From an uncultured Pelagibacteraceae bacterium (GTDB lineage Bacteria > Pseudomonadota > Alphaproteobacteria > Pelagibacterales > Pelagibacteraceae), in NCBI GenBank assembly GCA_902592715.1, contig CACJFS010000005.1, forward strand, positions 10,489-74,488: a stretch of DNA of 64,000 nucleotides, given 5' to 3'. The notes beneath the pieces were generated by a model. That model did not search any database and had not been told where the DNA came from. It saw only the letters and a list, made by a program, of their open reading frames with translations. This document shows, piece by piece, positions 1 through 11,879 of the stretch (the first letter of the stretch is position 1; each line of letters starts with the position of its first letter). Both the position numbers and the translations under genes were made by a program.

Positions 1-1305
1 AGTGAAACAAAATATTTAAACAGTGAGTACAAAGATTTTTTTGAAAAAAGCTTATTAGATAGTGATCCAGAAATTTATAAAGCTATTAATGATGAGTTAG
101 TAAGACAACAAAATCATATTGAACTAATTGCATCTGAAAATATCGTATCTCAAGCAGTCCTTGAAGCTCAAGGTTCAGTATTAACAAATAAGTATGCTGA
201 AGGATATCCAGGCAAAAGATACTATAACGGTTGTGAACATGTGGATGTAGCTGAACAATTAGCTATAGATAGACTTAAAGAATTATTTAATTGTAAATTT
301 GCTAACGCTCAACCTCACTCAGGGGCACAGGCAAACGGAGCTGTATTTTTAGCTTTGTTAAAACCTGGTGATACTTTTATGGGAATGAGTTTGAATTCAG
401 GTGGACATATTACTCATGGTTTAAAAATTTCTATGTCTGGAAAATGGTTTAATGCAATTGGCTATGAAGTTGATAAAGAATCTGAACTTATTGATTATGA
501 TAATGTTGAAAAACTTGCGCTTGAACATAAACCTAAACTTATAATTGCTGGTGGTAGTGCTTATTCAAGAGTAATTGATTTTAAAAGATTTAGAGAAATA
601 GCTGATAAAGTCGGAGCATACCTCATGGTTGACATGGCTCATTTTTCTGGTTTGGTTGCTGGTAAGGGATATCCAAATCCATGTGACTATGCTCATGTAG
701 TTACATCAACTACTCACAAGGTATTTAGAAGTGCTAGAGGTGGAATTATATTAACCAATCATGAAGATCTATCTAAAAAATTTAATACTGCAGTTTTCCC
801 TGGATACCAAGGGGGACCATTAATGCATATCATAGCTGCCAAAGCTGTTGGATTTAAAGAAGCATTAAAACCAGAATTTAAAGATTATATAAAAACAGTT
901 TTAGCTAATGCAAAAATTTTAGCTGAGACATTAAAAAATAATGGTTTTAAAATTTATTCAGGCGGTACTGATACTCATCTGATGTTAGTTGATTTAAGAC
1001 CTTTTAATGTAAAAGGTAATGTAGCTGCTGAAAGCCTTTCTAGAGCCAATATTACATGCAATAAAAACGGTATTCCATTTGATAGTGAAAGCCCAATGAT
1101 AACTTCTGGTATAAGACTTGGGTCACAGGCTGCCACAACAAGAGGATTTGGATTAAAAGAATTTCAAATAGTAGGTGATTTAATAACAAAAACAATCAAA
1201 GGATTGGCAGAAAATCCTGAAGATAACTCTAAAACTGAGGATGAAGTAAGAAAAGAAGTTGTTAGCCTATGTTCAAATTTTCCTATATATAAGCACTTAG
1301 GTTAA
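1..1305 (+). CDS. glyA: Serine hydroxymethyltransferase (5' end lies before the window)
   Basis: Frame open from base 1 (SETKYL...IELIASEN...[13 protein letters not shown]); PLP motif TSTTHK; SGIRLG. The ORF-track start at 241 is internal. Confidence 0.97.
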   Translation, partial: SETKYLNSEYKDFFEKSLLDSDPEIYKAINDELVRQQNHIELIASENIVSQAVLEAQGSVLTNKYAEGYPGKRYYNGCEHVDVAEQLAIDRLKELFNCKFANAQPHSGAQANGAVFLALLKPGDTFMGMSLNSGGHITHGLKISMSGKWFNAIGYEVDKESELIDYDNVEKLALEHKPKLIIAGGSAYSRVIDFKRFREIADKVGAYLMVDMAHFSGLVAGKGYPNPCDYAHVVTSTTHKVFRSARGGIILTNHEDLSKKFNTAVFPGYQGGPLMHIIAAKAVGFKEALKPEFKDYIKTVLANAKILAETLKNNGFKIYSGGTDTHLMLVDLRPFNVKGNVAAESLSRANITCNKNGIPFDSESPMITSGIRLGSQAATTRGFGLKEFQIVGDLITKTIKGLAENPEDNSKTEDEVRKEVVSLCSNFPIYKHLG

Positions 1306-1314
1306 CTTAAGCTT

Positions 1315-1773
1315 ATGATATGTCCTATATGTAAAAAAGGCGATACATCTGTTGTTGACTCTAGACCTACAGAAGATGGAACAACAATTAGAAGAAGAAG
1401 ACTTTGTACATGTGGACAAAGGTTTACTACTTTTGAAAGAGTACAATTTAGAGAATTAACTGTAATTAAAAAGAACGGAAGAAAATCAACTTTTGACAGA
1501 GAAAAACTTTCAAAATCTATTTATGTTGCTTTAAAGAAAAGACCTATTGATACAGAAACAACTGAAAAATTTATTTCGAAAATAAGCAGATCACTTGAAG
1601 AATTAGGTCAAAGCGAAATATTATCAAATACAATCGGCACAATGGTTATGGAGGGTTTAAAAGAGCTTGATCCTGTAGCATATGTCCGATTTGCATCAGT
1701 CTATAGAAACTTCAGAGAAGAAAAAGACTTTGTTCAATTTGTGGATAGAATTGATGTCTTTAAAAAAAGATAA
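1315..1773 (+). CDS. nrdR: Transcriptional repressor NrdR
   Basis: N-terminal Zn ribbon, IRRRR, RFTTFE, ATP cone, AYVRFASVY; glyA-nrdR-ribD synteny. Confidence 0.96.
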   Translation: MICPICKKGDTSVVDSRPTEDGTTIRRRRLCTCGQRFTTFERVQFRELTVIKKNGRKSTFDREKLSKSIYVALKKRPIDTETTEKFISKISRSLEELGQSEILSNTIGTMVMEGLKELDPVAYVRFASVYRNFREEKDFVQFVDRIDVFKKR

Positions 1774-2851
1774 TTATAAATCATCAGATAAAAAAATTAT
1801 GAACTTTGCTATAAACTTAGCAAAGAATAATAAGTATTTAACTGGCACAAATCCATCAGTTGGATGTGTAATTGTAAAAAATAATAACATCTTATCTTTT
1901 GCAACTACTAATAATGGTGGTAGACCACATGCAGAAAGCATTGCTTTAAATAAAAATAGATATAATAAAGGAACATCGCTTTACTCGACACTTGAGCCTT
2001 GTTCTCATCACGGGGTTACACCTCCTTGCACAAATGCAATAATAAAAAATAAAGTTAAGAGAGTGTATTACTCAATTGAGGATAAAGATTTACGAACATT
2101 TAATAAAACTAAAAAGATTTTAAAGTCTAAAAAAATAGTTGTAATATCAGGACTTCAAAAAAGAGAAGTTAAGAACCTTTATAATGAATATAATTATATA
2201 AGATCTAACAAAGCCCCTTATATAATTGGAAAAATTGCAAGTTCATCAAATTTAAATATTTTAAGAAACAATTCTTTTATAACAAATGAACATTCAAGAA
2301 GCGTTTCACATATTTTAAGATTTCAAAATCATGCCATAATAACTTCTTACAAAACAATTAATACAGACAACCCCAAACTTAATTGTAGATTAAATGGATT
2401 AGAGAAATTTTCACCTACTGTAGTTGTAATAGATAAGAATTTAAAAATAAAAATTAACTCTTACGTGATTAAAAATTCAAAAAAGAGTAAATTAATTATA
2501 TTTCACTGTTCTAAAAATATCTCAAAAATTAAATATTTAAAAAATAGAGGTGTTAAACTTATTTATCAAAAACTAGAAAATAAGACTAACTTTAACCTTA
2601 GACAAATAACACAAACACTTTATACACTTGGTCTACACAGGCTTCTAATAGAGGCTGGTAAGGATTTAATGACAAATTTTCTTAATGAAAATTTATTAAA
2701 TGAATTCTATTTCTTTAAAAGCGACAAAATAATCTCTAATAGAGATAAAATTAATCTATCTTCATTAGTAAAAATGATTAATAAAAGCTACAAAAATAAA
2801 AAAAAAATAAACACATATTTAGATAAAGATATACTCACTCACTACTATTAA
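1754..2851 (+). CDS. ribD: Riboflavin biosynthesis deaminase/reductase RibD
   Basis: [26 protein letters not shown]; start reassigned to ATG 1754 to avoid a long nrdR overlap. Confidence 0.93.
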   Translation: MSLKKDNYKSSDKKIMNFAINLAKNNKYLTGTNPSVGCVIVKNNNILSFATTNNGGRPHAESIALNKNRYNKGTSLYSTLEPCSHHGVTPPCTNAIIKNKVKRVYYSIEDKDLRTFNKTKKILKSKKIVVISGLQKREVKNLYNEYNYIRSNKAPYIIGKIASSSNLNILRNNSFITNEHSRSVSHILRFQNHAIITSYKTINTDNPKLNCRLNGLEKFSPTVVVIDKNLKIKINSYVIKNSKKSKLIIFHCSKNISKIKYLKNRGVKLIYQKLENKTNFNLRQITQTLYTLGLHRLLIEAGKDLMTNFLNENLLNEFYFFKSDKIISNRDKINLSSLVKMINKSYKNKKKINTYLDKDILTHYY

Positions 2852-2852
2852 A

Positions 2853-3446
2853 ATGTTTAATGGAATTATATTTAATAAAGGAATAATTAACGAAATCAAA
2901 AAAAGGGCAAAAGGAGTTAATTTATTTATAAAATCTTCATTGAAAGTTTCGAATAAAAATCTTGGGATTTCAATTTCTTGTGATGGAGTTTGTCTTACTT
3001 TGATTTCTTATAAGAATAATACTTTAGAATTCTATCTATCTAATGAAACGTTGGCCAAATCAAAATTTAGAAATATTAAGATTGGAGATGAAATTAATTT
3101 AGAAAAACCTTTAAAATTTGGTGATAATATTTCAGGACATATCTGCCAGGGTCATGTTGATACAGTTTGTTCTGTAAAAAGTATTAAGAAAGTTGATAAA
3201 TCAAATATTTTTGAATTTAAAATAACAAAATCACTTAAGAAGCAATTAGTAGAAAAAGCTTCTATATTAATAAATGGAGTATCACTAACGATATCAAAAA
3301 TTAAAAAGAATTCTTTTGAAATATGGATTATACCTCATACATTAAAATTAACTAACTTAATCACTCTTAAAAAAAATGATTTGGTCAATGTTGAGATTGA
3401 TATTATGTCAAAATATGTAAAGAAATTTATCAATGAAAAAAAATAA
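2853..3446 (+). CDS. ribE: Riboflavin synthase
   Basis: MFNGII N-terminus, GVCLT, SGHICQGHVD, NGVSLT, VNVEID. Confidence 0.95.
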   Translation: MFNGIIFNKGIINEIKKRAKGVNLFIKSSLKVSNKNLGISISCDGVCLTLISYKNNTLEFYLSNETLAKSKFRNIKIGDEINLEKPLKFGDNISGHICQGHVDTVCSVKSIKKVDKSNIFEFKITKSLKKQLVEKASILINGVSLTISKIKKNSFEIWIIPHTLKLTNLITLKKNDLVNVEIDIMSKYVKKFINEKK

Positions 3447-4548
3447 TTTTAGCTCAATAGAAAGTATCATTAAGACAGTTAAAAAAAATGGAATGTTTAT
3501 TCTTGTTGATGATGAGAGTAAACATGAAGAGATGGAAAATGAGGGTGATTTAGTAATTTCCACATCAGCTGTTAATCCTAATCATATTAATTTCATGGCC
3601 AAACATGCAAGAGGATTAATTTGTTTAGCGATGGATAATGCACAATCAAAAAAAATTGGATTAACTTTGGCTTCACCAATAAATCAATCGAGAAGCAAAA
3701 CTGCTTTTACTTACTCTATAGAAGCTAAAAAAGGTGTTACAACAGGTATATCAGCTTATGATCGCGCAAAAACGATTAAAGCTGCATCAAATAAAAATGC
3801 AAAAAAAAATGATATTGTATCTCCAGGACATGTTTTTCCAGTTATAGCAAGAGATGGAGGTGTGCTTGTTAGAGCAGGGCATACGGAAGCTTCAGTTGAT
3901 ATATCAAAACTTGCTAAAAAAAATAATTCAGCTGTTATTTGTGAAATTATGGCAGATGATGGAAAAATGGCGACAGGTAAAACATTATTTAATTTTGCTA
4001 AAAAACATAAACTTAAAATAGGTAAGATCGAAGATTTAATTGCTTATAGGTTAAAAAGAGAGAAACTTGTTAAATTAAAAAAAACTTCTTCAATAATTGT
4101 TCAAAAACAGAAATTTAAAATAAAAGTATTTGAAAATGTACTTGATGGATCAGAAAACTTTGCACTGATAAAGGGAACTTTAATGAAGGGAGTTGTACCT
4201 AGATTAAGAGTAATATCATCTAATGTAGTTCAAAATTATCTAATTAATCAAAAACTGCCAAATTCATTCGATAAAACAATCTCACATTTTAAAAAATATA
4301 ATAACTGTGTTCTTGTATTTATAAGAGACCCTAATTTAAAATCAGTTACCCAAACACTTAAACAGTATAAAAGTAAAACCTTTTATAAAAAGGGTCATGA
4401 CAAATTGATTAGAAACTATGGTATAGGAGCTCAAATTATTAAATCTTTAAATATTAAAAATATGATACTTGTTACTAGATCTAAAAAAAAGGTGATAGGT
4501 TTAGAAGGATATGGCATTAAAATTAAGAAGCAGGAAATTATAAAGTGA
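3433..4548 (+). CDS. ribB: DHBP synthase fused to a degenerate GTP cyclohydrolase II-like domain (RibBX type)
   Basis: ENEGD, TGISAYDR, PGHVFP, RAGHTEA; the C-domain retains RNYGIGAQI but lacks the Zn-binding Cys. Confidence 0.93.
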   Translation: MKKNNFSSIESIIKTVKKNGMFILVDDESKHEEMENEGDLVISTSAVNPNHINFMAKHARGLICLAMDNAQSKKIGLTLASPINQSRSKTAFTYSIEAKKGVTTGISAYDRAKTIKAASNKNAKKNDIVSPGHVFPVIARDGGVLVRAGHTEASVDISKLAKKNNSAVICEIMADDGKMATGKTLFNFAKKHKLKIGKIEDLIAYRLKREKLVKLKKTSSIIVQKQKFKIKVFENVLDGSENFALIKGTLMKGVVPRLRVISSNVVQNYLINQKLPNSFDKTISHFKKYNNCVLVFIRDPNLKSVTQTLKQYKSKTFYKKGHDKLIRNYGIGAQIIKSLNIKNMILVTRSKKKVIGLEGYGIKIKKQEIIK

Positions 4549-4931
4549 AAAAAAAAATTCTAATTGTTGTTGCAAGTTATTACGAAAATATTGCTAGGTC
4601 TTTATTAAAAAGTGCAATAAATAAAATTAAAACTAAATGCAGTATAAAGGTGATTAATGTACCTGGTGCATTTGAAATACCTGTAACTATAGGAAAAAAT
4701 TTAAATAAATTTGATGGTTTTATAGCTTTAGGTTGTGTAATTAAAGGTCAAACACCTCACTTTGATTTTATATCTAAAGCAACTACCGATGCATTAATGA
4801 CGTTATCAATTACATCTAAGAAACCTGTGGGGAACGGTGTAATTACCTGCTTAAACAAAAAACAAGCTAATGAACGAGGCAGAAAAGGTTCAGAGGCTGC
4901 AGAAGCAGTTTTATCTGTTCTATCACAATAA
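4545..4931 (+). CDS. ribH: 6,7-dimethyl-8-ribityllumazine synthase
   Basis: VPGAFEIP, LGCVIKGQTPHFD. Confidence 0.95.
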   Translation: MKKKILIVVASYYENIARSLLKSAINKIKTKCSIKVINVPGAFEIPVTIGKNLNKFDGFIALGCVIKGQTPHFDFISKATTDALMTLSITSKKPVGNGVITCLNKKQANERGRKGSEAAEAVLSVLSQ

Positions 4932-4934
4932 ATT

Positions 4935-5339
4935 ATGTCAGTTCAATTTTCACCACAAAAAAATCCAAGAGTAATAATTATACAAAAACTTTATGGAAAA
5001 CTTTTTAATAACGAGGAAAATATAACTTTTCCAAAACATAGATTTAAAAAATTTATTAAAGATATTGTTAATGGCACTATTGAGAGAGAAGAATTAATAA
5101 ATACTGAGATCAATAATCATTTAGATCAAGATCTTAAGATTAAAAATATGGATAAAGTATTTCAAATAATTATAAAAAGTGCAATTTTTGAATTTTTATA
5201 TAAGCCAAATACTTCAATTAAAATTATAATTAATGAATATTTGAAAGCATCAAATTTTTTTATAGAAGACTCGCAAACTAAATACCTAAATGCATTATTA
5301 GATAAAATTTCAAAAAAAATTAGAATTAGCAATGAATGA
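4935..5339 (+). CDS. nusB: Transcription antitermination factor NusB
   Basis: IIINEY, YLNALLDKI; ribH-nusB-thiL synteny. Confidence 0.88.
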   Translation: MSVQFSPQKNPRVIIIQKLYGKLFNNEENITFPKHRFKKFIKDIVNGTIEREELINTEINNHLDQDLKIKNMDKVFQIIIKSAIFEFLYKPNTSIKIIINEYLKASNFFIEDSQTKYLNALLDKISKKIRISNE

Positions 5340-6291
5340 GTTTGCTCTAATTCAAAAATACTTTAAAAAATTATCTTATAATAACCCATCAGCATTAGGT
5401 TTAAATGATGATGTTTTTTTTGATAAAAAACGCAAGGTTGTTATTTCTATTGATACTTATGTAGAGGGTGTTCATTTTCTAGACTTCACTAAACCAGGTT
5501 TAGTAATTAAAAAAGTATTAAGGTCATCAATATCAGATTTGTATTGCAAAGGTGTAAAACCAAAGTTTTTTTTTATAGGTACTAGTGGAAATAATAAATC
5601 ATTTTCAAAAAAAAATCTTAATCTAATATCTAAAAGTCTTGAAGAAGAGCAAAAGAAATTTGATATTAAATTGTCTGGTGGCGATACTACTAAATCAAAA
5701 AAACTAACCTTTACAATTATGTCATTGGGTTATTCCAATCGTATAATTGAAAGAAATAAGTGTAAGAATGGTGATGATGTATATGTAACAGGAAACATTG
5801 GTGATAGCTATTTAGGATTGCAGATTTTAAAAAAAAAAGTTTTGTTGAATAGAAAAAAAAATAATTATTTTATTAAAAAATACTATTTACCTGACTTACC
5901 AATCCAAATTAGTGCTAAACTTTTAAAACTAGCTAACTCCTCAATTGATATTTCAGATGGACTTTTTGGGGATTTAAGTAAACTAATGAATAATAATAAA
6001 TTATTTTATAAAATATATTTAAATAAAGTTCCAGTTTCATCAAATATGACAAACTATCTTAAAAAATTTAAAAAAAAGAAAATTAATTTCATTTCAAAGG
6101 GTGATGATTATCAAATTATATTTACATCACCAAAGTCAAAGAGAAATTATATTAAAAAATTTTGTAAAAAGATGAATCAAAAAGTATCACTAATCGGCTA
6201 TTTAACTAAAGATGCAAAAAATAATGAGATTATTGATGGTGATAAGAGATTAAAACATGCGTATAATGAGGGATATTCTCATAATTTCTAA
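5332..6291 (+). CDS. thiL: Thiamine-monophosphate kinase
   Basis: MNEFALIQ, DD, EGVHF, SD, GGDT, DISDG, GDDYQ. Confidence 0.93.
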   Translation: MNEFALIQKYFKKLSYNNPSALGLNDDVFFDKKRKVVISIDTYVEGVHFLDFTKPGLVIKKVLRSSISDLYCKGVKPKFFFIGTSGNNKSFSKKNLNLISKSLEEEQKKFDIKLSGGDTTKSKKLTFTIMSLGYSNRIIERNKCKNGDDVYVTGNIGDSYLGLQILKKKVLLNRKKNNYFIKKYYLPDLPIQISAKLLKLANSSIDISDGLFGDLSKLMNNNKLFYKIYLNKVPVSSNMTNYLKKFKKKKINFISKGDDYQIIFTSPKSKRNYIKKFCKKMNQKVSLIGYLTKDAKNNEIIDGDKRLKHAYNEGYSHNF

Positions 6292-6365
6292 AAAAGTTAA
6301 ATATTGCGTTTTATATCATATTTTGTATTACATATTTTTCACATGTATAATTAACAAAGGAACAA

Positions 6366-8471
6366 ATGAACACATCAACTGAAACAATAATGTATTATAT
6401 AATAGCGGCTGGAATATTATCCATCGTTTACGGTTTTATAACAGGTCGAAATATTTTAAATTCAAGCTCAGGTAATGCTAAAATGTTAGAAATTGCATCT
6501 GCAATTCAAGAAGGAGCTAGAGCATATTTAAATAGACAATATAAAACAATTGCAATAGTTGGTGTAGTAGTTCTGATAATTATAACAATTTTATTTAGTC
6601 CATTGGTTGGCTTAGGATACTTAATCGGTGCTACTTTATCTGGAATAGCAGGTTATGTTGGAATGCTTGTTTCTGTTCAAGCTAATGTAAGAACAGCTGA
6701 AGCCTCAAGAAAAAGTTTGGCAAGTGGTTTATCAATAGCATTTAAATCAGGTGCAGTAACTGGAATGTTGGTTGCTGGTTTGGCGTTACTTTCAATTGCA
6801 GTATATTATTATTATTTAGTAAAAGTTGGAATTGAAGAGAGAGAAATTGTTAATGCACTAGTCGCCTTAGGTTTTGGTGCATCGCTTATTTCTATTTTTG
6901 CAAGACTGGGTGGTGGTATTTTTACAAAAGGTGCTGATGTAGGAGCTGATTTAGTTGGAAAAGTTGAAGCTGGTATTCCAGAAGACGATCCAAGAAATCC
7001 CGCAGTTATTGCAGACAACGTTGGTGATAATGTTGGTGATTGCGCAGGTATGGCAGCTGATCTCTTTGAAACTTATGCTGTTACTATTGTTGCTACCATG
7101 GTCCTTTCATCTATTTTCTTTGTAAATGATTTAAATATGATGATATATCCATTGGCTATTGGTGGAGCTTGCATTTTAACATCTATTCTTGGAACTTTTT
7201 TTGTTACTCTTGGTAGTGATAAGAATATTATGAAAGCCATGTATAAAGGTTTTGTAATAACGGCAATTAGTTCTTTAATTATATTATTTCCAATTACAAA
7301 ACACGTTATAGGTTTTACTACGGAATATGTAGCAAATGGAAAAACTTTTAATGGTTTAAGTCTATATTTTTGTGGAATTATAGGTTTAATAATCACAGGT
7401 TTAATAATTTGGATAACAGAATATTATACAGGAACTGATTATAGACCTGTAAAAAGTGTAGCTAAATCATCAACTACAGGTCATGGTACAAACGTAATTC
7501 AAGGTTTAGCAGTTTCTATGGAAGCAACTGCTGTTCCAGCATTAATAATCGTTGGTGGAATTTTATGGACTAATCATATAGCTGGCCTTTATGGTATTGC
7601 CATTGCTGTAACTACAATGCTGGCCTTAGCAGGTATGGTTGTTGCATTAGATGCTTATGGTCCTGTAACAGATAATGCTGGCGGAATAGCTGAAATGTCA
7701 AATCTTCCAAAAAATGTTCGTAAAACGACGGATGCTCTTGATGCGGTTGGCAACACAACAAAAGCTGTAACAAAAGGTTATGCAATAGGATCTGCTGGTC
7801 TTGGAGCGTTAGTACTTTTTGCAGCATACACAGAAGATATAAAACATTTTTCTAAAGTTGCTGGTTCAAATTTAGAGGGAATAGTTGTTACTTTTGATTT
7901 ATCTAATCCATATGTCGTAGTTGGTTTACTTATAGGTGGTATGCTTCCTTATCTTTTTGGATCAATGGGCATGCAAGCAGTAGGTAGAGCAGGAGGCGCT
8001 GTTGTTATTGAAGTTAGAAGACAATTCAAAAAAATTCCTGGTATAATGAAAAGGAAAGCTAAACCTGATTATGGTAAGCTAGTTGATTTACTTACAAAAG
8101 CGGCAATTAAAGAAATGGTTATTCCTTCTTTATTACCAATACTATCGCCTATTGTATTATACATTGTAATTTATTTTATAGGTGGGCAGGTCGCAGCTTT
8201 ATCATCCCTTGGAGCAATGTTATTAGGTGTTATTATAACTGGTCTATTTGTAGCTGTTTCTATGACAGCTGGTGGTGGTGCATGGGATAATGCAAAAAAA
8301 TATATTGAAGATGGAAAATTTGGAGGCAAAGGTTCAGAAGCTCATAAGGCAGCTGTTACTGGCGACACTGTTGGCGATCCATATAAGGATACAGCAGGAC
8401 CTGCTGTAAATCCCATGATTAAAATCACCAATATTGTGGCTTTGTTATTGCTTGCAGTAATTGCGGGATAA
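6366..8471 (+). CDS. hppA: Membrane-integral pyrophosphatase, K+-independent H+-pumping type
   Basis: [36 protein letters not shown]; multiple TM segments. Confidence 0.96.
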   Translation: MNTSTETIMYYIIAAGILSIVYGFITGRNILNSSSGNAKMLEIASAIQEGARAYLNRQYKTIAIVGVVVLIIITILFSPLVGLGYLIGATLSGIAGYVGMLVSVQANVRTAEASRKSLASGLSIAFKSGAVTGMLVAGLALLSIAVYYYYLVKVGIEEREIVNALVALGFGASLISIFARLGGGIFTKGADVGADLVGKVEAGIPEDDPRNPAVIADNVGDNVGDCAGMAADLFETYAVTIVATMVLSSIFFVNDLNMMIYPLAIGGACILTSILGTFFVTLGSDKNIMKAMYKGFVITAISSLIILFPITKHVIGFTTEYVANGKTFNGLSLYFCGIIGLIITGLIIWITEYYTGTDYRPVKSVAKSSTTGHGTNVIQGLAVSMEATAVPALIIVGGILWTNHIAGLYGIAIAVTTMLALAGMVVALDAYGPVTDNAGGIAEMSNLPKNVRKTTDALDAVGNTTKAVTKGYAIGSAGLGALVLFAAYTEDIKHFSKVAGSNLEGIVVTFDLSNPYVVVGLLIGGMLPYLFGSMGMQAVGRAGGAVVIEVRRQFKKIPGIMKRKAKPDYGKLVDLLTKAAIKEMVIPSLLPILSPIVLYIVIYFIGGQVAALSSLGAMLLGVIITGLFVAVSMTAGGGAWDNAKKYIEDGKFGGKGSEAHKAAVTGDTVGDPYKDTAGPAVNPMIKITNIVALLLLAVIAG

Positions 8472-8606
8472 CAATTTGCTTAAATAATAGTTGCAAGTAA
8501 CTTTTATCTTGAAGATTAAACATAGAAAAAATATATCATTTTGAAATCTATCCTAGTTTTATGATGTATATTAAATTATCAACAATTAGACTGTTTATAA
8601 AAAATA

Positions 8607-8870
8607 ATGGTATATTTTGTATATCTTATATTAACTAAAAAAGTCAATAAATTCAGGTCTTATGTAGGATATACGAATAATATTGAAAAAAGACTTCATC
8701 TTCACAATAATTCAAAAGGTGCAAAATTTACAAAAGGAAATTCATGGAAGTTAATATATTACCAAAAGTATAATGATAAAATTATTGCCATGAAAGAAGA
8801 ATATAAATTGAAAAAAAATTATAAATTACGAAATAAATTAAAAGATAAGTTTATTAAGAATGTTAAATGA
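8607..8870 (+). CDS. Small GIY-YIG nuclease superfamily protein (UPF0213/YhbQ-like)
   Basis: FVY...YVGYT, RL..HN..KGAKFT, A.KEEY.LK. Confidence 0.85.
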   Translation: MVYFVYLILTKKVNKFRSYVGYTNNIEKRLHLHNNSKGAKFTKGNSWKLIYYQKYNDKIIAMKEEYKLKKNYKLRNKLKDKFIKNVK

Positions 8871-10981
8871 AAATATCAATCTTGCTTCCATATAAAGAAG
8901 ATTATTCGCCAAAATATTCTGGGGCTGTTTCTATACATGTTTCAAATTTATTAAAATTTTCTAAATTTAAATCTACCACTTTTATATATGGCAATACTAA
9001 AGGTAATAACTACTTAACTAAAAATTTCTACAATATAAAAGTTAAAAAAAATATTTTCTCAAGTAATAATAAAAAATATTTGAAAAGGTTTGTCGATATT
9101 AATAAAAATAAAAATATTGATTTAATTGAAATACATAATAGACCTTCCTACTTTAAAGCTATTAAAGAAAACCTAAATTCTAAAATTATTATTTACTTTC
9201 ATAATGATCCATTAACATTATCTGGATCAAAGAAAAAAGTAGATCGTTTAAACCTTATAAAGAATTGTGACTATATATTCTTTAATAGTAACTGGACTAA
9301 AAATAAATTTTTCACAAATATAAATGAGCAAAACTATTTGTCAAAATTTGGAATCTGTTTCCAATCAACAAAAAAATTAAAAGTTAATTTATCTAGTAAA
9401 CAAAAATTAATAACTTTTGTTGGAAAGCTTAATGAGTCAAAAGGTTATGATGTCTTTGGAAAGGCAATTTTAAAAATATTAGATGAGTTTCCTGAATGGA
9501 AATCAACAGTTATAGGTGACGAACCTAGAGAAAAACATATTTTTAATCATAAAAATTTGAAAATTTTAAATTTTCAAGAGAATAATGCTGTTCTTAATAC
9601 ATTAAAAGGATCAAGTATATTTGTAGCATGTTCAAAATGGGAGGAGCCATTTGGAAGATCTAGCTTAGAAGCATGTAGTGCTGGCTGTGCAACAATAATA
9701 ACTAATAGAGGTGGACTGCCAGAAACAACAAAGCACCCAATAATCCTGCATAAACTCGATCCTAAAACATTATATAGTTCAATTAAAAAATTAATAATAA
9801 AGCCTAATTTTAGAAAAAAAATACAAAAGTTGAATTATAAATCTTTTTTCCTTAGTCATGAGTATGTTTCCAGTATAATAGATAAGGCAAGAAGCAATTT
9901 ATTTTCAGAAATATTACACAAAAGCTTTAATTTTAATAAAAATTCAAAACTTAAAATAATCCATATTACAAATTTTAATCACCGATACTTTGGCAGACTT
10001 CAATATAATACTGGCATAAGAATTAATAACGGATTAATTAGAGAAGGACACAATGTTTTGAATATATCCGATAGAGATATAATTAGTTATTCAAGATCTT
10101 TTAACGACCCCTCTGGTGAAAATTATCTTAATAAGTTAGTAAGCAATACAATAGAAAACTTTAAGCCTGACTTGTTAATTCTTGGTCATGCCGACCGTGT
10201 TGATCCACAATCCTTATTAGATGCAAAAAATAAATATTCTAATTTAAAAATATCCCAATGGTTTCTTGATCCATTATCGAGACAAGGACCAGATTTTTTA
10301 AAAAATAAATCTCGTGTTTTAAATAAAAGTAATTTTTGTGACGCTACTTTTATAACAACAAGTCCTGATGCATTAGATTTTAAAATTAAAAATTCTTTTT
10401 TTATCCCTAACCCTTGTGATAGAGCTTTAGATCATTTAGAAAATTTTAGGCAAAATAAAATATATGATATTTTTTACGCTATAAGTCATGGTGTCCATAG
10501 AGGTAAATTAAGAACTGGAAAAATTGATGAGCGTGAGAATTTTATAACTAAATTAAAAAGTCTATCAAATGGAGTAAAATTTGACATTTATGGGATGTTT
10601 GGTAGAGAGCCAATTTGGGGAGATAATTTTTTATCCAACTTGTCAAATTCGAACATGGCAATTAATCTAAGCAGAGGCAAACCAACCAAATATTATAGTA
10701 GTGATAGAATTGCACAGCTTGTGGGCAATGGTTTACTAACTTTTATTGACGAGAGAGCTAAATATAGTGATTTTTTTGAAAACGATGAAATGATTTTTTA
10801 CAAAGATGTATTTGATTTATCAGAAAAAATTAAAAGGTATAAAAAGGATAAAAAATTAGGTTTTAGAATAGCTAAAAAAGGACACTCAAAATATCATAAA
10901 TATTTTAATTGCTCATTAGTTTCAAAATATATTATAGAAAGGACATTTGGGTCCAATTCAAAATTCTATTGGGATAGGTGA
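8867..10981 (+). CDS. Two-module glycosyltransferase (GT4-like N-half plus second GT-B-like C-half)
   Basis: FVGKL..KG, EPFGRSSLEA in the N-half; INLSR..YSSDR in the C-half. Confidence 0.8.
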   Translation: MKISILLPYKEDYSPKYSGAVSIHVSNLLKFSKFKSTTFIYGNTKGNNYLTKNFYNIKVKKNIFSSNNKKYLKRFVDINKNKNIDLIEIHNRPSYFKAIKENLNSKIIIYFHNDPLTLSGSKKKVDRLNLIKNCDYIFFNSNWTKNKFFTNINEQNYLSKFGICFQSTKKLKVNLSSKQKLITFVGKLNESKGYDVFGKAILKILDEFPEWKSTVIGDEPREKHIFNHKNLKILNFQENNAVLNTLKGSSIFVACSKWEEPFGRSSLEACSAGCATIITNRGGLPETTKHPIILHKLDPKTLYSSIKKLIIKPNFRKKIQKLNYKSFFLSHEYVSSIIDKARSNLFSEILHKSFNFNKNSKLKIIHITNFNHRYFGRLQYNTGIRINNGLIREGHNVLNISDRDIISYSRSFNDPSGENYLNKLVSNTIENFKPDLLILGHADRVDPQSLLDAKNKYSNLKISQWFLDPLSRQGPDFLKNKSRVLNKSNFCDATFITTSPDALDFKIKNSFFIPNPCDRALDHLENFRQNKIYDIFYAISHGVHRGKLRTGKIDERENFITKLKSLSNGVKFDIYGMFGREPIWGDNFLSNLSNSNMAINLSRGKPTKYYSSDRIAQLVGNGLLTFIDERAKYSDFFENDEMIFYKDVFDLSEKIKRYKKDKKLGFRIAKKGHSKYHKYFNCSLVSKYIIERTFGSNSKFYWDR

Positions 10982-11021
10982 TATGTTTCAAAATATATCA
11001 AAATACATTTAAATTTATTAT

Positions 11022-11879
11022 ATGAGGGCAATAATTTTAAATGCCACAGCATGGATGATTGTTCCTGTAATGGATGCTTTGGCAAAGTATTTAAGCTCTT
11101 CAATGGATGTTTTACAAATAACTTGGGCTAGATATTTTTTTACTGTTGTTTTTACATTATTAATAATGTTTTTTTTTAAAAGAAAATCTTTTGTATGGAG
11201 TAAAAAACCAACTCTACAATTATTAAGAGGATTAATTTTTGTATTTTCTACTTATTTATTTTTTTATGCAATATCTGAAATTTCCTTGCCTAAAGCACTT
11301 ACTCTAGCATTTGTTGCACCTATTTGTGTAACCGCCATGTCCCCATTTTTTTTAAATGAAAAGGTTGGCATTAGAAGATGGACTGCAGTTTCTATTGGGT
11401 TTATAGGAACTTTAGTAGTAATAAGACCGGGTTTTATTGAGATAAATTTAGCTACTTTGGCAGCTTTAGGTAATGGAATTTGTTATGGATTTTATCTAAT
11501 TATTACCAGAAAATTAAGTAAATCTGATAACTCTCTATTAACCTTATTATTTGCCGGCACGGTAGGGACTATAGTTATGTCCTTCTTTATGCCTAACGTC
11601 TGGATTAACCCATCCTCAAATCAGTGGGTTATGATGGCTTTAATAGGTCTTGTGGCTGCAGTAGCACATTTATTTATTATTTTATCATTAAAATATGCTG
11701 ATGCATCCAAACTTGCCCCTCTTGGTTATACTGAAATAATTACTAATATTATTCTTAGTTACTATATTTTTAATGAATTACCTGATAATTGGACTTATTT
11801 AGGCCTATTTATTATTGTTTTATGTGGTTTTTATATTTCTAAAAGAGAATATTATCTTTCAAAGAATATATATAGGTAA
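11022..11879 (+). CDS. DMT/EamA family transporter
   Basis: About 10 TM helices, EKVG..RW, GF.G...IRPG, ADASKLAP..Y. Confidence 0.88.
   Translation: MRAIILNATAWMIVPVMDALAKYLSSSMDVLQITWARYFFTVVFTLLIMFFFKRKSFVWSKKPTLQLLRGLIFVFSTYLFFYAISEISLPKALTLAFVAPICVTAMSPFFLNEKVGIRRWTAVSIGFIGTLVVIRPGFIEINLATLAALGNGICYGFYLIITRKLSKSDNSLLTLLFAGTVGTIVMSFFMPNVWINPSSNQWVMMALIGLVAAVAHLFIILSLKYADASKLAPLGYTEIITNIILSYYIFNELPDNWTYLGLFIIVLCGFYISKREYYLSKNIYR

Noticed and set aside
8607-8870. GIY-YIG ORF as a homing endonuclease or intron
   Set aside because: Catalytic domain only (87 aa), free-standing, no interrupted gene; fits the housekeeping UPF0213 type
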